Below are positions 38,617-50,330 of a stretch of 64,000 nt of DNA, piece by piece (within the stretch, counting starts at the first letter, position 1; each line of letters begins with the position of its first letter). This DNA is from Octopus sinensis. Its lineage: Eukaryota. Under the pieces are notes generated by a model. That model searched no databases. It was not told where the DNA came from and worked only from the letters and a program-made list of their open reading frames with translations. The position numbers and the translations under genes were made by a program. The DNA lies in NCBI RefSeq assembly GCF_006345805.1, contig NC_043011.1:25308464-25372463 (forward strand), read 5' to 3'.

Positions 38617-39589
38617 TTGTGTATGTGTGTGTGTTTGTTCACCCCCCTCCATCGCTTCACAATCGATGTTGGTGTGTTTACGTACCTGTAACTTAATGGT
38701 TCAGCAAAAGACACTGACAGAACAAGAACCAGGCATACAAAGAATAAGTCCTGGGGCCGATTCGTTTGGCTAAAGGCAGTGCTCCAGCATGGCTGCAGTC
38801 AAATGTCTGAAACAAGTAAAAGAATAAAAGAATATTTTCATTATTGATTGTGAGAGATGAAGCAAGCTGCAGTGTGTGAATAGAAAGTAGATAACTCTGA
38901 CTCTATGAAACAAATAAGATCCAATGAAAAACTTTTACTTTATGTAATGTGTGCAATTTTCGCTGATTAAAACCTTTATTTATTTGACACTCACTATGCT
39001 CAGTATAATAGCTTGCATTTAACTATACAACTTTTATGCAGTGTCAATGTCATTGCTTTGTATAACAATATCATTGCTTAGCTTGTTATTGCTCTAGTTA
39101 TTTTCAACAATATTAGAATAACTACCGAGATTTATATGTACTGTACCATATACCAGGCGTCCCCAACCACTGGGTTGTGGGCCAGTACTAGACTGTAGGC
39201 TGGTTCCTGGCTGTGGATCATTTGGTAGGAGGCTGCACAGAAAGAATGAATTTTTAAAATTTCATTCCTACATTACTGACTACCATAATCTGCAGGGTGT
39301 TTTTATATTATATATGTATTCTACATGCAATATATATATATATATATATATTATGTAGTATATATGTATTATTACCTACATGTGTAAGGCAGTGAGCTAG
39401 CAGAATTGTTACCTCTCCAGGCAAAATGCATAGCAGTATTTCATTCCTCTTTATGATCTGAGGTCAAATTCCACTGAGGTCAACTTCGTCTTTCATCCTT
39501 TCAGGATCAGTGAAATGAGGATCAGTTGAACACTGGAATTAATGTAATCAACTATCCTTCTTCCACTAAATTTTAGGCTAAAAGAAATG

Positions 39590-40493
39590 AGTGCATAGAT
39601 GGTCAGTATAATGTGCAATATATGCCACTGGTACACCTGTAAAAGATTTTCCTTCCCCCCCACTTCACATCAAACTTGGTCACATGAAAGATTTCGTAAA
39701 AGCAATGACATACAATGATTGTGGCTTTCAGTACCCAAAAGTAAAATTTGGTGCAGAGAAAAGTGATGCAAAACTGAAAGCAGGCATTTTCATTGGACCC
39801 AAGATCAGAGAATTGATATCTGATTGCAAATTCAGAGGTAAACTGAATCCAGTTGAGCTGATGGCATGGGATTCATCCGTGTTAGCTGTACAGAACTTTC
39901 TTGGAAATCATAGAGCTGGAAACTATGCTGATTTAATAAAAAACATGCTGATAGCATATGAAAGAATGGGATGCTGAATGTCCCTTTAAATGCACTTCTT
40001 GCATTCTTGTCTTGATCCTTTTCCAACTAATCATGGTGCCGTTAGTGTTGAGCATGGTGAGAGGTTCCACCAGGACATATTTGAGATGGAAACAAAGTAT
40101 CAGGGCCAATTCAATCCGCACATGATGGGTGACTTGCAATGGGAGACCAGCATGATGCATAAGCACAAGAGCAAGTGTCTAAAACATTTCTGAGCTCAGC
40201 TTATCAAAAATAAAGTGAGTATTCCCTTAACATAAATATACTATGTACCATTATATTATGATACTATTTGCCTTAAACATGAATATACTATATACAGTAC
40301 AAATATACTATTATAATAATTATTTACCTTGAGCTTAACTATTCCTGATATTAATATAGCATTAATATAATTATGTTCATAACTCGAAATCCTGATGTGC
40401 TACTGCAATTCTGAGTTCAGATACAGAATCAGCGTATTTGATTTAGTACTTGATTGGGTAGCAGACAATAACTTTTTTTTTCATTTCCCAGTG
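39590..40493 (+). mobile_element. DNA transposon relic, Chapaev3-like (CMC group), 3' half
   Basis: FLPPLHIKLGHMKDFVKAM..SDAKLKAGIFIGPKIR..MGC*MSL*MHFLHS..GAVS.EHGERFHQDI..ME.KYQG; ends in GTG at 40491-40493. Family name assigned from recalled motifs. Confidence 0.7.
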
Positions 40494-41599
40494 TAATTAC
40501 ATAAATAAATATGATTCCGCAACAGCGCTGTGCTAGTAGGGTACTTCATTGGATAGATTGCTCTTAATGCACTACTGGATCTCTTTGAATTCCCTCTCTT
40601 TTATACGTGCCTATATATTCACACACACATACTTACTTTTCTTTACATATTTTTTATTGGCTTCTGATTTTTGTCTTCTGACTTCACATATATCCTACTT
40701 TCCGCATTTGTAAAACTCATATACCTATCTACCTATATACATACAAACATACATACTACATACATACATACATACATACATACATACATACATACATACA
40801 TACAATCAAACATACATACATACACACACATACACATACCTACCTACCATATGTATGTGTGTATGTATGTAATTGTGTGTGTGTGTGTGTGTGTGTGCAT
40901 GTAATCATTAGATTATATACAATGCACTTTGTGTTTTTCTTGTGTGTAATTTCCTGGTCTGTGGAAAAATTGTCTTGCAAGAAACCAATCCGTAGTGCAA
41001 TAAATGGCTGGAAACCATTGCCAGATATGATATTATGATTCAAGTTATTGTAAGAGTCTTGTACTTAATCTCTGGCAGTACAGTTTTATTGCTCAAATGA
41101 AACAGATTACCAAAAAGTAATTATTCACTGATTTCTATGCTTCTATTTCTTGGCTTAAAGAATTAATCATGCAAGATCCTTTTTTTGATATAGAGGTCAC
41201 TGTGATTAGGAAAAAAAAAATTTTTTGCCAGTGAGTCTTCATCTAATCTTTAAGTTTCTGACATAAAGCAGTCATAATTCTTGAGCTAAGGCAGTCAATT
41301 GACTGAGTTGTGAGAACAACATATAGAATACCTTGTGGTGTTATTACTTCTGTGTCTCTGCACTCTCAATTAAAAATCCCACCAAAGTCAACTTTGCCTT
41401 TCATTTTTGGGGGGTTCATTGCTATTGCTTCTTCTTCTTCTTCTTCTTCTCCTCCCCTCCCCCTCCTCTTGCTTCTCTTCCTCCTCTCCTCCCACTCACC
41501 CTACACTCCCACTCTCACTCTCACTTCACTTGCTACTCGCCTTCTATTCCTTCCTGCCTCTCCAATCTCCTCCCCACCCTTCCTCTCCCATTCACTCCA

Positions 41600-42130
41600 T
41601 CTCCTCCTCCCATTGCACTCCCTCTACATTTTCTCCTTATTGACAGCATCCCAGTACAGGGCCTGTATATCTCTTATTAACCACTTACCTATCCCTAGTT
41701 TTTGCATCGCCCACCAAATAAGGGATTGGGAGATCCTGTCAAAGGCTTTCTCCAAGTCAATGAAACCCAAGTATAAGGGTTTATCTTTGGCTTGGTATTT
41801 CTCCTGCAGTAGCCTTACCAGAAATATAGCATCAGTGGTGCTTCTACCAGGCACAAAACTGAACTTCATCTCATCTAAGCAAACTCTCTCCTTAATTAGT
41901 TGGGCTATGACCCTCTCTGTGACCTTCATCACCTGATCCAGCAGTTTGATACTCCTGTAGTTATTTCCATCTATAGCATCGCCTTTACCTTTGTAGCAGT
42001 TGACTATGGTGCTGCTAAGTCAGTTATTGGGTATGACTCCTTCATGAACTACCTGATTTACAATATGAGTGACTAGGCCATGACCCACACCACCAGACTT
42101 CATATCCTTAATTGCTTTATCTACCAGGGT
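41600..42130 (-). mobile_element. RTE-like RT fragment
   Basis: MKVTERVIAQLIKERVCLDEMKFSFVPGRSTTDAIFLVRLLQEKY...FIDLEKAFDRI. Confidence 0.85.
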
Positions 42131-42402
42131 GCTATCTTTGGTTATTGTGTTTCATGATATATTTTATCTTTTCTTTTGCAATCATTGGATTGTGGACATG
42201 CTAGGGCATTGCCATGAAACAATTAATCAAGGAAAACTCCAATACTTTTTTTTTAAAGATTGGTACTCATTCTATCAGTCTCTTTCACCAAAGTGGTGAG
42301 TTATGGGGATGTAAACAAACCAACTGCAGTTGCCAAGTGGTGGTTGACACAGATAGAGATACAAATAGAGATACACAGACACAAACAAACACACATACCT
42401 TA

Positions 42403-42451
<49 letters not shown>

Positions 42452-42453
<2 letters not shown>

Positions 42454-42840
42454 GGTGCAGGAGTGGCTGTGTGGTAAGTAGCTTGCTAACCAACCACATG
42501 GTTCCGGGTTCAGTCCCACTGCATGGCATCTTGAGCAAATGTCTTCTGCTATAGCCCCAGGCTGACCAATGCCTTGTGAGTGGATTTGGTAGATGGAAAC
42601 TGAAAGAAGCCTGTCGTATATATGCATATATATATGTGTTTGTGTGTCTGTCTTTGTCCCCCTAGCATTGCTTGACAACCGATGCTGGTGTGTTTACATC
42701 CCTGTCACTTAGCGGTTTGGCAAAAAAGACCGATAGAATAAGTACTGGGCTTACAAAGAATAAGTCCCGGGGTTGATTTGCTCGACTAAAGGCGATGCTC
42801 CAGCATGGCCGCAGTCAAATGACTGAAACAAGTAAAAGAG
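42452..42840 (+). mobile_element. Full-length tRNA-derived CORE-like SINE with internal microsatellite (representative of >15 copies)
   Basis: GGAGTGGCTGTGTGGTAAG head, GGTTCAGTCCC B-box, CTTG(G/A)GCAA.TGTCTTC core, (TA/TG)n, and a tail ending CAGTCAAATGACTGAAAC. Other copies include 355-700, 1725-2100(-), 9248-9560, 20535-21000(-), 26870-27025(-), 38182-38830, 53575-54030 and 60160-60580. Confidence 0.85.
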
Positions 42841-43586
42841 AGAAGAGAGAAAGAGATATATATACATATATACACATATAAAACAAAGGATGAAATCACT
42901 TTAATGATTTTATCAAGTGGTCAGCGCAAAATAAAACCTGTGCTATAGGACATTTAAGGCAGTTTTTAGCACCATTTGGTGTCTATTTTTAATGCATGGA
43001 GAGGCTCATCCGATCCCTTGATATAATTAAGTATATAATTATCAATATAGCATATATATGTATTTAAAATTTTATGTCTATTAATTTATCTCTCTATTGA
43101 CTGTCTCCTGTCTACCTATCTACCAATCTATCTCTCTATCTTTCCCTCACTCTCACCCTCTCTATGTATATATATATATATATCACACATACAATAGGAC
43201 AAAATTTATATTATTTGCTCTCAACCGAAGCAAGGCTCTATAGCCTCACTACCTCCTCCTGGTCCCCCCCCCAAAAAATAGGTGTGTGATGGGGGTCTCT
43301 AATAATCAGCCTCTCAGTCCATGTTTCAAAGTCACTGACAAGGCATTGGTCAGTTCAAGCCTGTTGCAGAAGACACTTGTCCAAGGTGCTGTGCAAAGCA
43401 AGCTTCTTAACCATAAAGCCATACCTGTGCCAAATACATAATATAAGTATAAATTTCATGCATACAAAACATACATATATTTAAAATATACCAATAGTTT
43501 TATAAACTTAATATTGTTTCTTGTTATTTACTTATGGAATATGCATATCTTAGATATAATGTGCCTTTTGTTGATTTTCTTTTCAG

Positions 43587-43726
43587 TTCCCTAATATTTA
43601 ATCGTTGCCGTCTCAGTTCAGAATGTCCACTGCATTCAACTTGCATGGCCAGATCATGTGATGGCTACATTTGCATATGTGACTCTGGCTTCAGACATTC
43701 TTTTGACAGGACAAGATGTGTTCCAG
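43587..43726 (+). CDS. Cys-rich protein exon A1 (7-Cys EB/EGF-like module)
   Basis: tttcag| ... ccag|gtaatc. Encodes SLIFNRCRLSSECPLHSTCMARSCDGYICICDSGFRHSFDRTRCVP with spacing C-x5-C-x5-C-x4-C-x4-C-x-C-x12-C, identical to A2 and A3. Confidence 0.85.
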
Positions 43727-45140
43727 GTAATCCTTTACTTTACAGTATTAGCAACAAACATATTTGTCATTTTAACTTGTGCATGTATGTATATATTTAT
43801 GTATATATATATAAAACACGGAGTAGTCAAAGCAGGGGCAGCTGAAGAAGGGGAATATTCCTTGTGTTGTCTGTCTTGTACTCTGTTTTTTTGTTGTTTG
43901 GAAAAAGTCCGTTTCCATGGTTTTGATTTTATGTTTTCATTTCTAATTGTGTTCTACGTTTGTTTGGTGTCCTGTACCCATATATGCATGTATGTATACA
44001 TATAGATGTAGGTATGTACATATATGTATGTATATATGCATATGTTTTATTTATTATTTTGTTATTATATATATATATAACACACATGCACACACACACA
44101 TGCACATATATTTATATCTCATCATGATAATCATCATCATCATCATGATTTAATATCCATTTTCCATGCTGTCATGAGTTGGACAGTTTGACAGGAGTTG
44201 GCCAACTAAAGAGCTACCCGGGCTCCAAGTCTGTTTCGGCATGGTTTCTACAGCTGGATGCCCTTCCTAATGCCAACCACGTTACAAAGTGTACTGGGTG
44301 CTTTCACTCAGCACTAGCACAGGTGTTTTTATGTGGCGCTGCTATGGCTGTTTTGACATGGTACCAGCCCCTACAAGATCACAAAATTAGGAATGCTCAG
44401 CTGAAGAGGGATGCAGAGTACATACCTGTATGCAAAGACAACCACAATCTTACTTAGCTTTTTCTTAAGCACAGCAAACTGCCAGGGGTCTTGGTCTCCT
44501 GTCATCCCCTCTGTGTGGCCCTATATCTGAAGATCCTTTCTTACTATTTTGTCCCATGTATTCCATAATATATATATATATATATATGTAGAATCACTGC
44601 CAGATCAAACTGGAGACTGGTGCAGCCTCCTGGCTTCCTAGATCCTGGTCGAACCGTCTAACCCATGCTAGCATGGAGAAAGGACGTTAAATGATGGATG
44701 ATGATGAAGATGATGATGATATATAATATATATATATATAACAAAACAGGAAACTGGAGACTTTATTTTTTGGTATTATTTATTCACCATTACATGTGTT
44801 TCATTTGCTAATAAGAATTATAAAGTTTTGCATGTTAGATAGGCATGTAAGGAATTTCCTATTAGAATTTCTTCAAAGAATTGAATATTATTATTTGTAA
44901 TGGTGAATAAATAATAGAAGAAATTTCCAATTTCCTGTTATGTTATACAATAACTCTGTAAATAATATTTCCATAATTCTCAATTTTAGTATATATTTTG
45001 AACTAACATACGGCAGCAACTGAGACTGAATATTGGATTGTAATAATGAAATAAGCAGACGTGCTTCAAGAGGAAAGAGCTGGGATATACCCCAACTACT
45101 CACACACAATATATATATACATATGCTTACATACATATAT

Positions 45141-45212
<72 letters not shown>

Positions 45213-45226
45213 ATATATAACATATA

Positions 45227-45259
<33 letters not shown>

Positions 45260-45273
45260 ATAATATATAATAT

Positions 45274-45309
<36 letters not shown>

Positions 45310-45384
45310 ATAAATATTAGGGAATATATCAAATTTACAGAAAAAAAAATCAGATTTAGGATTAAATCCAATTTTATAGTAAAA

Positions 45385-45838
45385 TATTATAAAAATTATT
45401 TGAGACAAAACCACTATTTGCAAAACAAACAAGGAAAGACTTAATCAATACATAAAATTTAATAAATAGTCAAAAAACCGCCACTACAATCGTTTCTTGT
45501 CTTGATCGACAATCTTCAGGTGGACTTCCAATCTATGCCAGTGCTACTCAAAATGGTGGTCTGTGGACCAGTGCCAGTACATGGTGAGTCAAAATAATGT
45601 AATAAGAACCAGTTACTGGTTCTTATTACATTATTTTGACTCACCATGTACGGCACTGGTCCACAGACCACCACTTTAGTAGCACTGGCATAGATTGGAA
45701 GTCCACCTGAAGATTGTCGATCAAGACAAGAAACGATTGTAGTGGCGGTTTTTTTTGACTATTTATTAAATTTATGTATTGATTAAGTCTTTCTTGTTTG
45801 TTTTTGCCAAAATAGTGGTTTTGTCTCAAATAATATTT

Positions 45839-45840
<2 letters not shown>
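45385..45840. repeat. Near-perfect ~455-bp palindrome centred at 45614
   Basis: AAGAACCAGT-T-ACTGGTTCTT centre; arms ~228 bp; arm differences are almost all 1-nt indels. Confidence 0.95.
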
Positions 45841-45883
<43 letters not shown>

Positions 45884-45923
45884 GTATGTATGATGTATGT
45901 ATATATGAACGTATGCATATGTA

Positions 45924-46149
45924 TAGCTTTGAAGTATATTGCATTTTTAACAGAATATATCTTTAAAGGGATTTTTCTAAAAAAAGAAAACTGCAGCTTA
46001 TATATATATATAGATATATATATATATATATGTGTATGTATGTATATATGAACGTATGCATATGTATATATATATAAGCTGCAGTTTTCTTTTTTTAGAA
46101 AATCCCTTTAAGATATTATTCTGTTAAAAATGCAATATACTCAAAGCTA
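45924..46149. repeat. Inverted repeat (~85-bp arms) around a TA/TATG spacer
   Basis: TAGCTTTGA..CTGCAGCTTATA versus TATAAGCTGCAG..TCAAAGCTA. Confidence 0.9.
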
Positions 46150-46259
46150 GGCAAAACAAAATCAACCCAGAAATGATCATGAGAGTGACAGATTGTATTT
46201 CACTACAAATTGTTTGTAACTATACCAAACATAAATGTATATAATATAATATATATATA

Positions 46260-47104
46260 TATGACCGTACGACAGGCACCCATGCCAACCCCCTTGCTTG
46301 CGAAGACAGGTTGGGCCAAGCGAAATCGAATTGAACCAGCCAGGATCCCTGGTCTGGTGGTACGTAAAAAGCACTATCCGACTCGTGGTCGATGCCAGCG
46401 CCGCCTCCACTGGTTCCGTGCCGGTGTGGCACGTAAAATACACCAATATGACCGTACGACAGGCACCCATGCCAGCCCCCTTGCTTGTGAAGACAGTTGG
46501 GGGCAAGTGAAATCGAAATCGAAATCGATTGAACCAGCCAGGATCCCTGGTCTGGTGGTCGTAAAAAGCACTATCCGACTCGTGGCGTAAAAAGCACTAT
46601 CCGACTCGTGGCGATGCCAGCTCCGCGTCGTCTGGCTTCCGTGCCGGTTGGCACGTAAAATACACCAATCTGACCGTACGACAGGCACCCATGCCCGCCC
46701 CCTTGCTTGTGAAGACATGTTGGGGCAAGTGAAATCGAAATCGAAATCGAATTGAACCAGCCAGGATCCCTGGTCTGGTGGTACGTTAAAAAAGCACTAT
46801 CCGACTCGTGGCGTAAAAAGCACTATCCGACTCGTGGCCGATGCCAGCTCCGCGTCGTCTGGCTCCGTGCCGGTGGCACATAAAGTACACCAATCCGACC
46901 GTGGCCGTTGCCAGCCTCGCCTGGCACCTGTGCAGGTGGCACGTAAAAAGCACCCACTACACTCACGGAGTGGTTGGCGTTAGGAAGGGCATCCAGCTGT
47001 AGAAACACTGCCAGATAAGACTGGAGCCTGGTGCAGCCTTCTGGCTTCCCAGATCCCCGGTCGAACCGTCCAACCCATGCTAGCATGGACAACGGACGTT
47101 AAAC

Positions 47105-47135
<31 letters not shown>
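46260..47135 (+). repeat. RTE-tail / GGAAGGGCATCC-core repeat with locally triplicated ~190-230 bp unit
   Basis: GACCGTACGACAGGCACCCATGCC units at ~46263, ~46450 and ~46671, then the standard tail ending in (GAT)n. Other family copies lie at ~6610-6820, 11657-11815, 19690-19940, 24110-24430, 44125-44560, 48027-48170, 48481-48715, 59550-59945 and 62650-63100. Confidence 0.8.
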
Positions 47136-47177
<42 letters not shown>

Positions 47178-47444
47178 ACAAGGGTAGAGGTACAAGTTAT
47201 AGAAATTTATATAGGATCAAGAGATCACCAAATGACTGGTGTATACTAAAACCTAAGAAGCATAGTGGACAGAGATGATAACACAACAGGATTTTTCACT
47301 TAGCGTATAGGATAGTGTTCATATTAATTGTATACTCATGTCTGTGTTATACTATTTGCTTTCTCTGTTTTTGTTTACTCTCTCTGTTTTCTTCCTCCAT
47401 CTCTTTCCGTTTCTCTTATACAATTTAATATTTTTTTCAAACAG

Positions 47445-47750
47445 CTTCCAACATCCTTGAGAAATGTGACTTTTCTGACAATTGCCCCCCAACATTCTCT
47501 GTTTGTTTGTTTCGTCAATGTGTTTGCCGTGATGGACTGGAAGCCACAGAGAACAAAACATGTAGGGGAAGAGCAGAGAGAGCACTTGGATACAGGTGTA
47601 ATATTGTAATAGAATGGCTGTACTACCCAAATCTTCAATGTGTGAGTGGCATTTGTCAGTGCAGAGCAGGCTATAGAAAGAAAACTGACATTGAAATACA
47701 GGCTTTGCCTTATGATATGTTTGAGTGTATTACAACAAACTACAATCTGA
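47445..47750 (+). CDS. Cys-rich protein exon B1 (two EB-like modules), 306 nt, phase 1-1
   Basis: tttttcaaacag| ... ctga|gtaagt. Encodes ASNILEKCDFSDNCPPTFSVCLFRQCVCRDGLEATENKTC...YRCNIVIEWLYYPNLQCVSGICQCRAGY...MFECITTNYNL; paralogous to B2. Confidence 0.87.
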
Positions 47751-48168
47751 GTAAGTTAGAGACACTGAGTCAAATTTCTATATTGCTATGTGATTTTGTG
47801 TTCTATTGTATATCATCAGATGGTAGTATAATGTAAGAGTAAAGACTCTTAATGAAACAATTGTTGCAGTACTAGATAACATGTTCATCTGTTTTTATTA
47901 TACATACATACACACACACACGTATGCGTACAGATATGCACAACCACACATATACATACATACATACGTACATACGCACATACATACAACAGGCTTATTT
48001 CACTTATATATATATATATATATACATGAAGGCATCCAGCCGTAGAAACACTGCCAGATTTGACTGGGCCTGATGAAGCCTTCTGGCTTCACAGACCCCA
48101 GTAGAACCGTCCAACCCATGCTAGCATGGAAAACGGACGCTAAACGATGATGATGATGATGATGATGA

Positions 48169-48237
<69 letters not shown>

Positions 48238-48975
48238 TAAAAAAATGGAGTTAACGCAGGTGTAATCAAATATTTTTACTTTCGACACATGTTTCGAAAA
48301 TTCCACTGATATTCAAAAGAATAAATGGTATAAACAATGCAATCTTCTCCTCAGGAAAGTGAAAAAAACGATTTTGTGAGATTTTTGCTGCCCTGGTAAC
48401 TATTTATTTATTTTTTCCATGTTAATTGTTAACAAGGTAAAAATACACTCATCTATTTAAATATATATATATATATATATCATCATCATCATCGTTTAAC
48501 GTCCGTTTTCCGCGCTAGCACGGGTTGGACGGTTTCGACCGGGGTCTGGGGAGCTAGGGACTGCCCCAGGCTCCAGTCTAGTCTGGCAGTGTTTCTACAG
48601 CTGGATGCCCTTCCTAACGCCAACCACTCCGCGAGTGTAGTGGGTGCTTTTTACGTGCCACCTGCACAGGTGCCAGAGGGGTCTGGCATTCTCCACGTTC
48701 GGATGGTGCTTTTTTTTTTATGTGGGGGGGGGGGCAGAAATATAGGGGAGCACCAGTGGGGAGGGGTGGTTCAGAGAAATGATGACAGTTTCTTAGGCAA
48801 GTAGAACGTAGGATATCAAGAGGGTAATGCATGGTGAAATAGCGTATTGAGGAGGGGGGTTCGAAGAGTAGACACCTATAATGGTGGTGGGAGAAACAAC
48901 ATCCGGTATAGATGGAGCAAAAATATAGAGATATCCGGTATTGGTGGTGGGGGTGGGCAGGGTGGGTGCACCGCG

Positions 48976-49487
48976 AATACGCGAAGGTTGAAAAAAGATG
49001 ATAGAGCGAGACTTGGTCGGGCAGAATTAATAGAGGAGAAATTAGATACAATAGTTAGATAGATAAATAGGAAAACATGTATGATTGGTCGAGAAGTGAA
49101 GTGAAAATAAATAAAAATAAAATAAGCATTCAAACTTAGCTGTGCTTGAGATTATAGCTGCTAGGTGAATGAATGAGAGAGCACATGTTGTTGCCTTAAG
49201 TAAAGAAATTGACCGGAAAGGAATTTTTGGACAAGGCGGAAGTGTATTAAGGGAACAGGCTTCAAAGATGGCGGAGATCGATAGACAAATACGCGAGGGT
49301 TGAAAAAAGATGATAGAGCGAGACTTGGTCGGGCAGAGTTAATAGAGGAGAAATTAGATACAATAGTTAGATAGATAAATAACAACAGATAGGAAAACAT
49401 GTATGATTGGTCGAGAAGTGAAGTGAAAATAAATAAAAATAAAATAAGCATTCAAACTTAGCTGTGCTCGAGATTATAGCTGCTAGG

Positions 49488-49492
<5 letters not shown>
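48976..49492. repeat. Direct repeat pair (195 bp and 205 bp) separated by 117 bp
   Basis: AATACGCGA ... GCTGCTAGGTGAAT at 48976-49170 and 49288-49492; copy 2 carries a 10-nt insertion. Confidence 0.92.
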
Positions 49493-49557
<65 letters not shown>

Positions 49558-50039
49558 GGTACTCCGTTAGTTGCAATGACAAGGGTTCCAGTTGATCCAA
49601 TCAACAGAACAGCCTGCTTGTGAAATTAATGTGCAAGTGGCTGAGCACTCCACAGACACGTGTACCCTTAACGTAGTTCTCGGGGAGATTCAGTGTGACA
49701 CAGAGTGAGACAAGGCCAGCCCTTTGAAATACAGGTACAACAGAAACAGGAAGAAAGAGTGAGAGAAAGTTATGGTGAAAGAGTACAGCAGGGTTTGCCA
49801 CCACCCCTTGCTGGAGCCTTGTGGAGCTTTAAGGGTTTTCACTCAATAAACATTCACAACACCCAGTCTGGGACTTGAAACCATGATTCTATGGCCATGA
49901 GTCTACTGTCCTAACAACTGTGCCATTGCACCTCCACACATACACTCACAAGCATATATATATATACACACATACGTATATATCTATACATACATATATA
50001 TACAGATATGTATATATCTATACATACATGTATAAGAGC

Positions 50040-50330
50040 AGGTACTCCTCAAAAGCGACTGGAAACATTCTCTGTAGCACAAGCTAATTGTAGTTCAGGT
50101 TTCTGCCACTAGAAGCCACTTGATGTGACTCTCAGATTCTGGCATCATTCTGCTGACTGGCATCATCTACTGAGGTTGTACTGTTACATGGTGCATCTTT
50201 GTTTTGCAGTGCTTCTCCCCTGTTTGTTGATTTTTGCGATGGTTAAAACGAAGGAACAGCATGCTTCTGAGAAATTCTGTTTTCTACTGGAGAAAATGGT
50301 GACTGAAACAGTTATCATGCTGCAAACAGC
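50040..50330 (+). mobile_element. Mariner 5' fragment
   Basis: KEQ...KFCFLL.K...ETV.MLQTA, truncated by a SINE. Confidence 0.6.

Noticed and set aside
41079-41116. Possible exon VQFYCSNETDYQK supplying the missing Cys before A1
   Set aside because: Phase 1 to 0 does not fit the phase-2 A1 acceptor without another unseen exon; the acceptor is weak.
43842-43870. CTGAAGA followed by a small hairpin (hammerhead-like)
   Set aside because: No GAAA or stem III follows.
45540-45690. Interpreting the palindrome centre as an ordinary hAT MITE
   Set aside because: The inverted symmetry continues ~150 bp beyond the CAGTG termini and there is no 8-bp direct TSD.
46260-46900. Regularly spaced repeats suggesting a CRISPR array (also 21705-21800)
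   Set aside because: The whole units repeat, with no unique spacers and no cas genes; eukaryotic retroelement tail and minisatellite.
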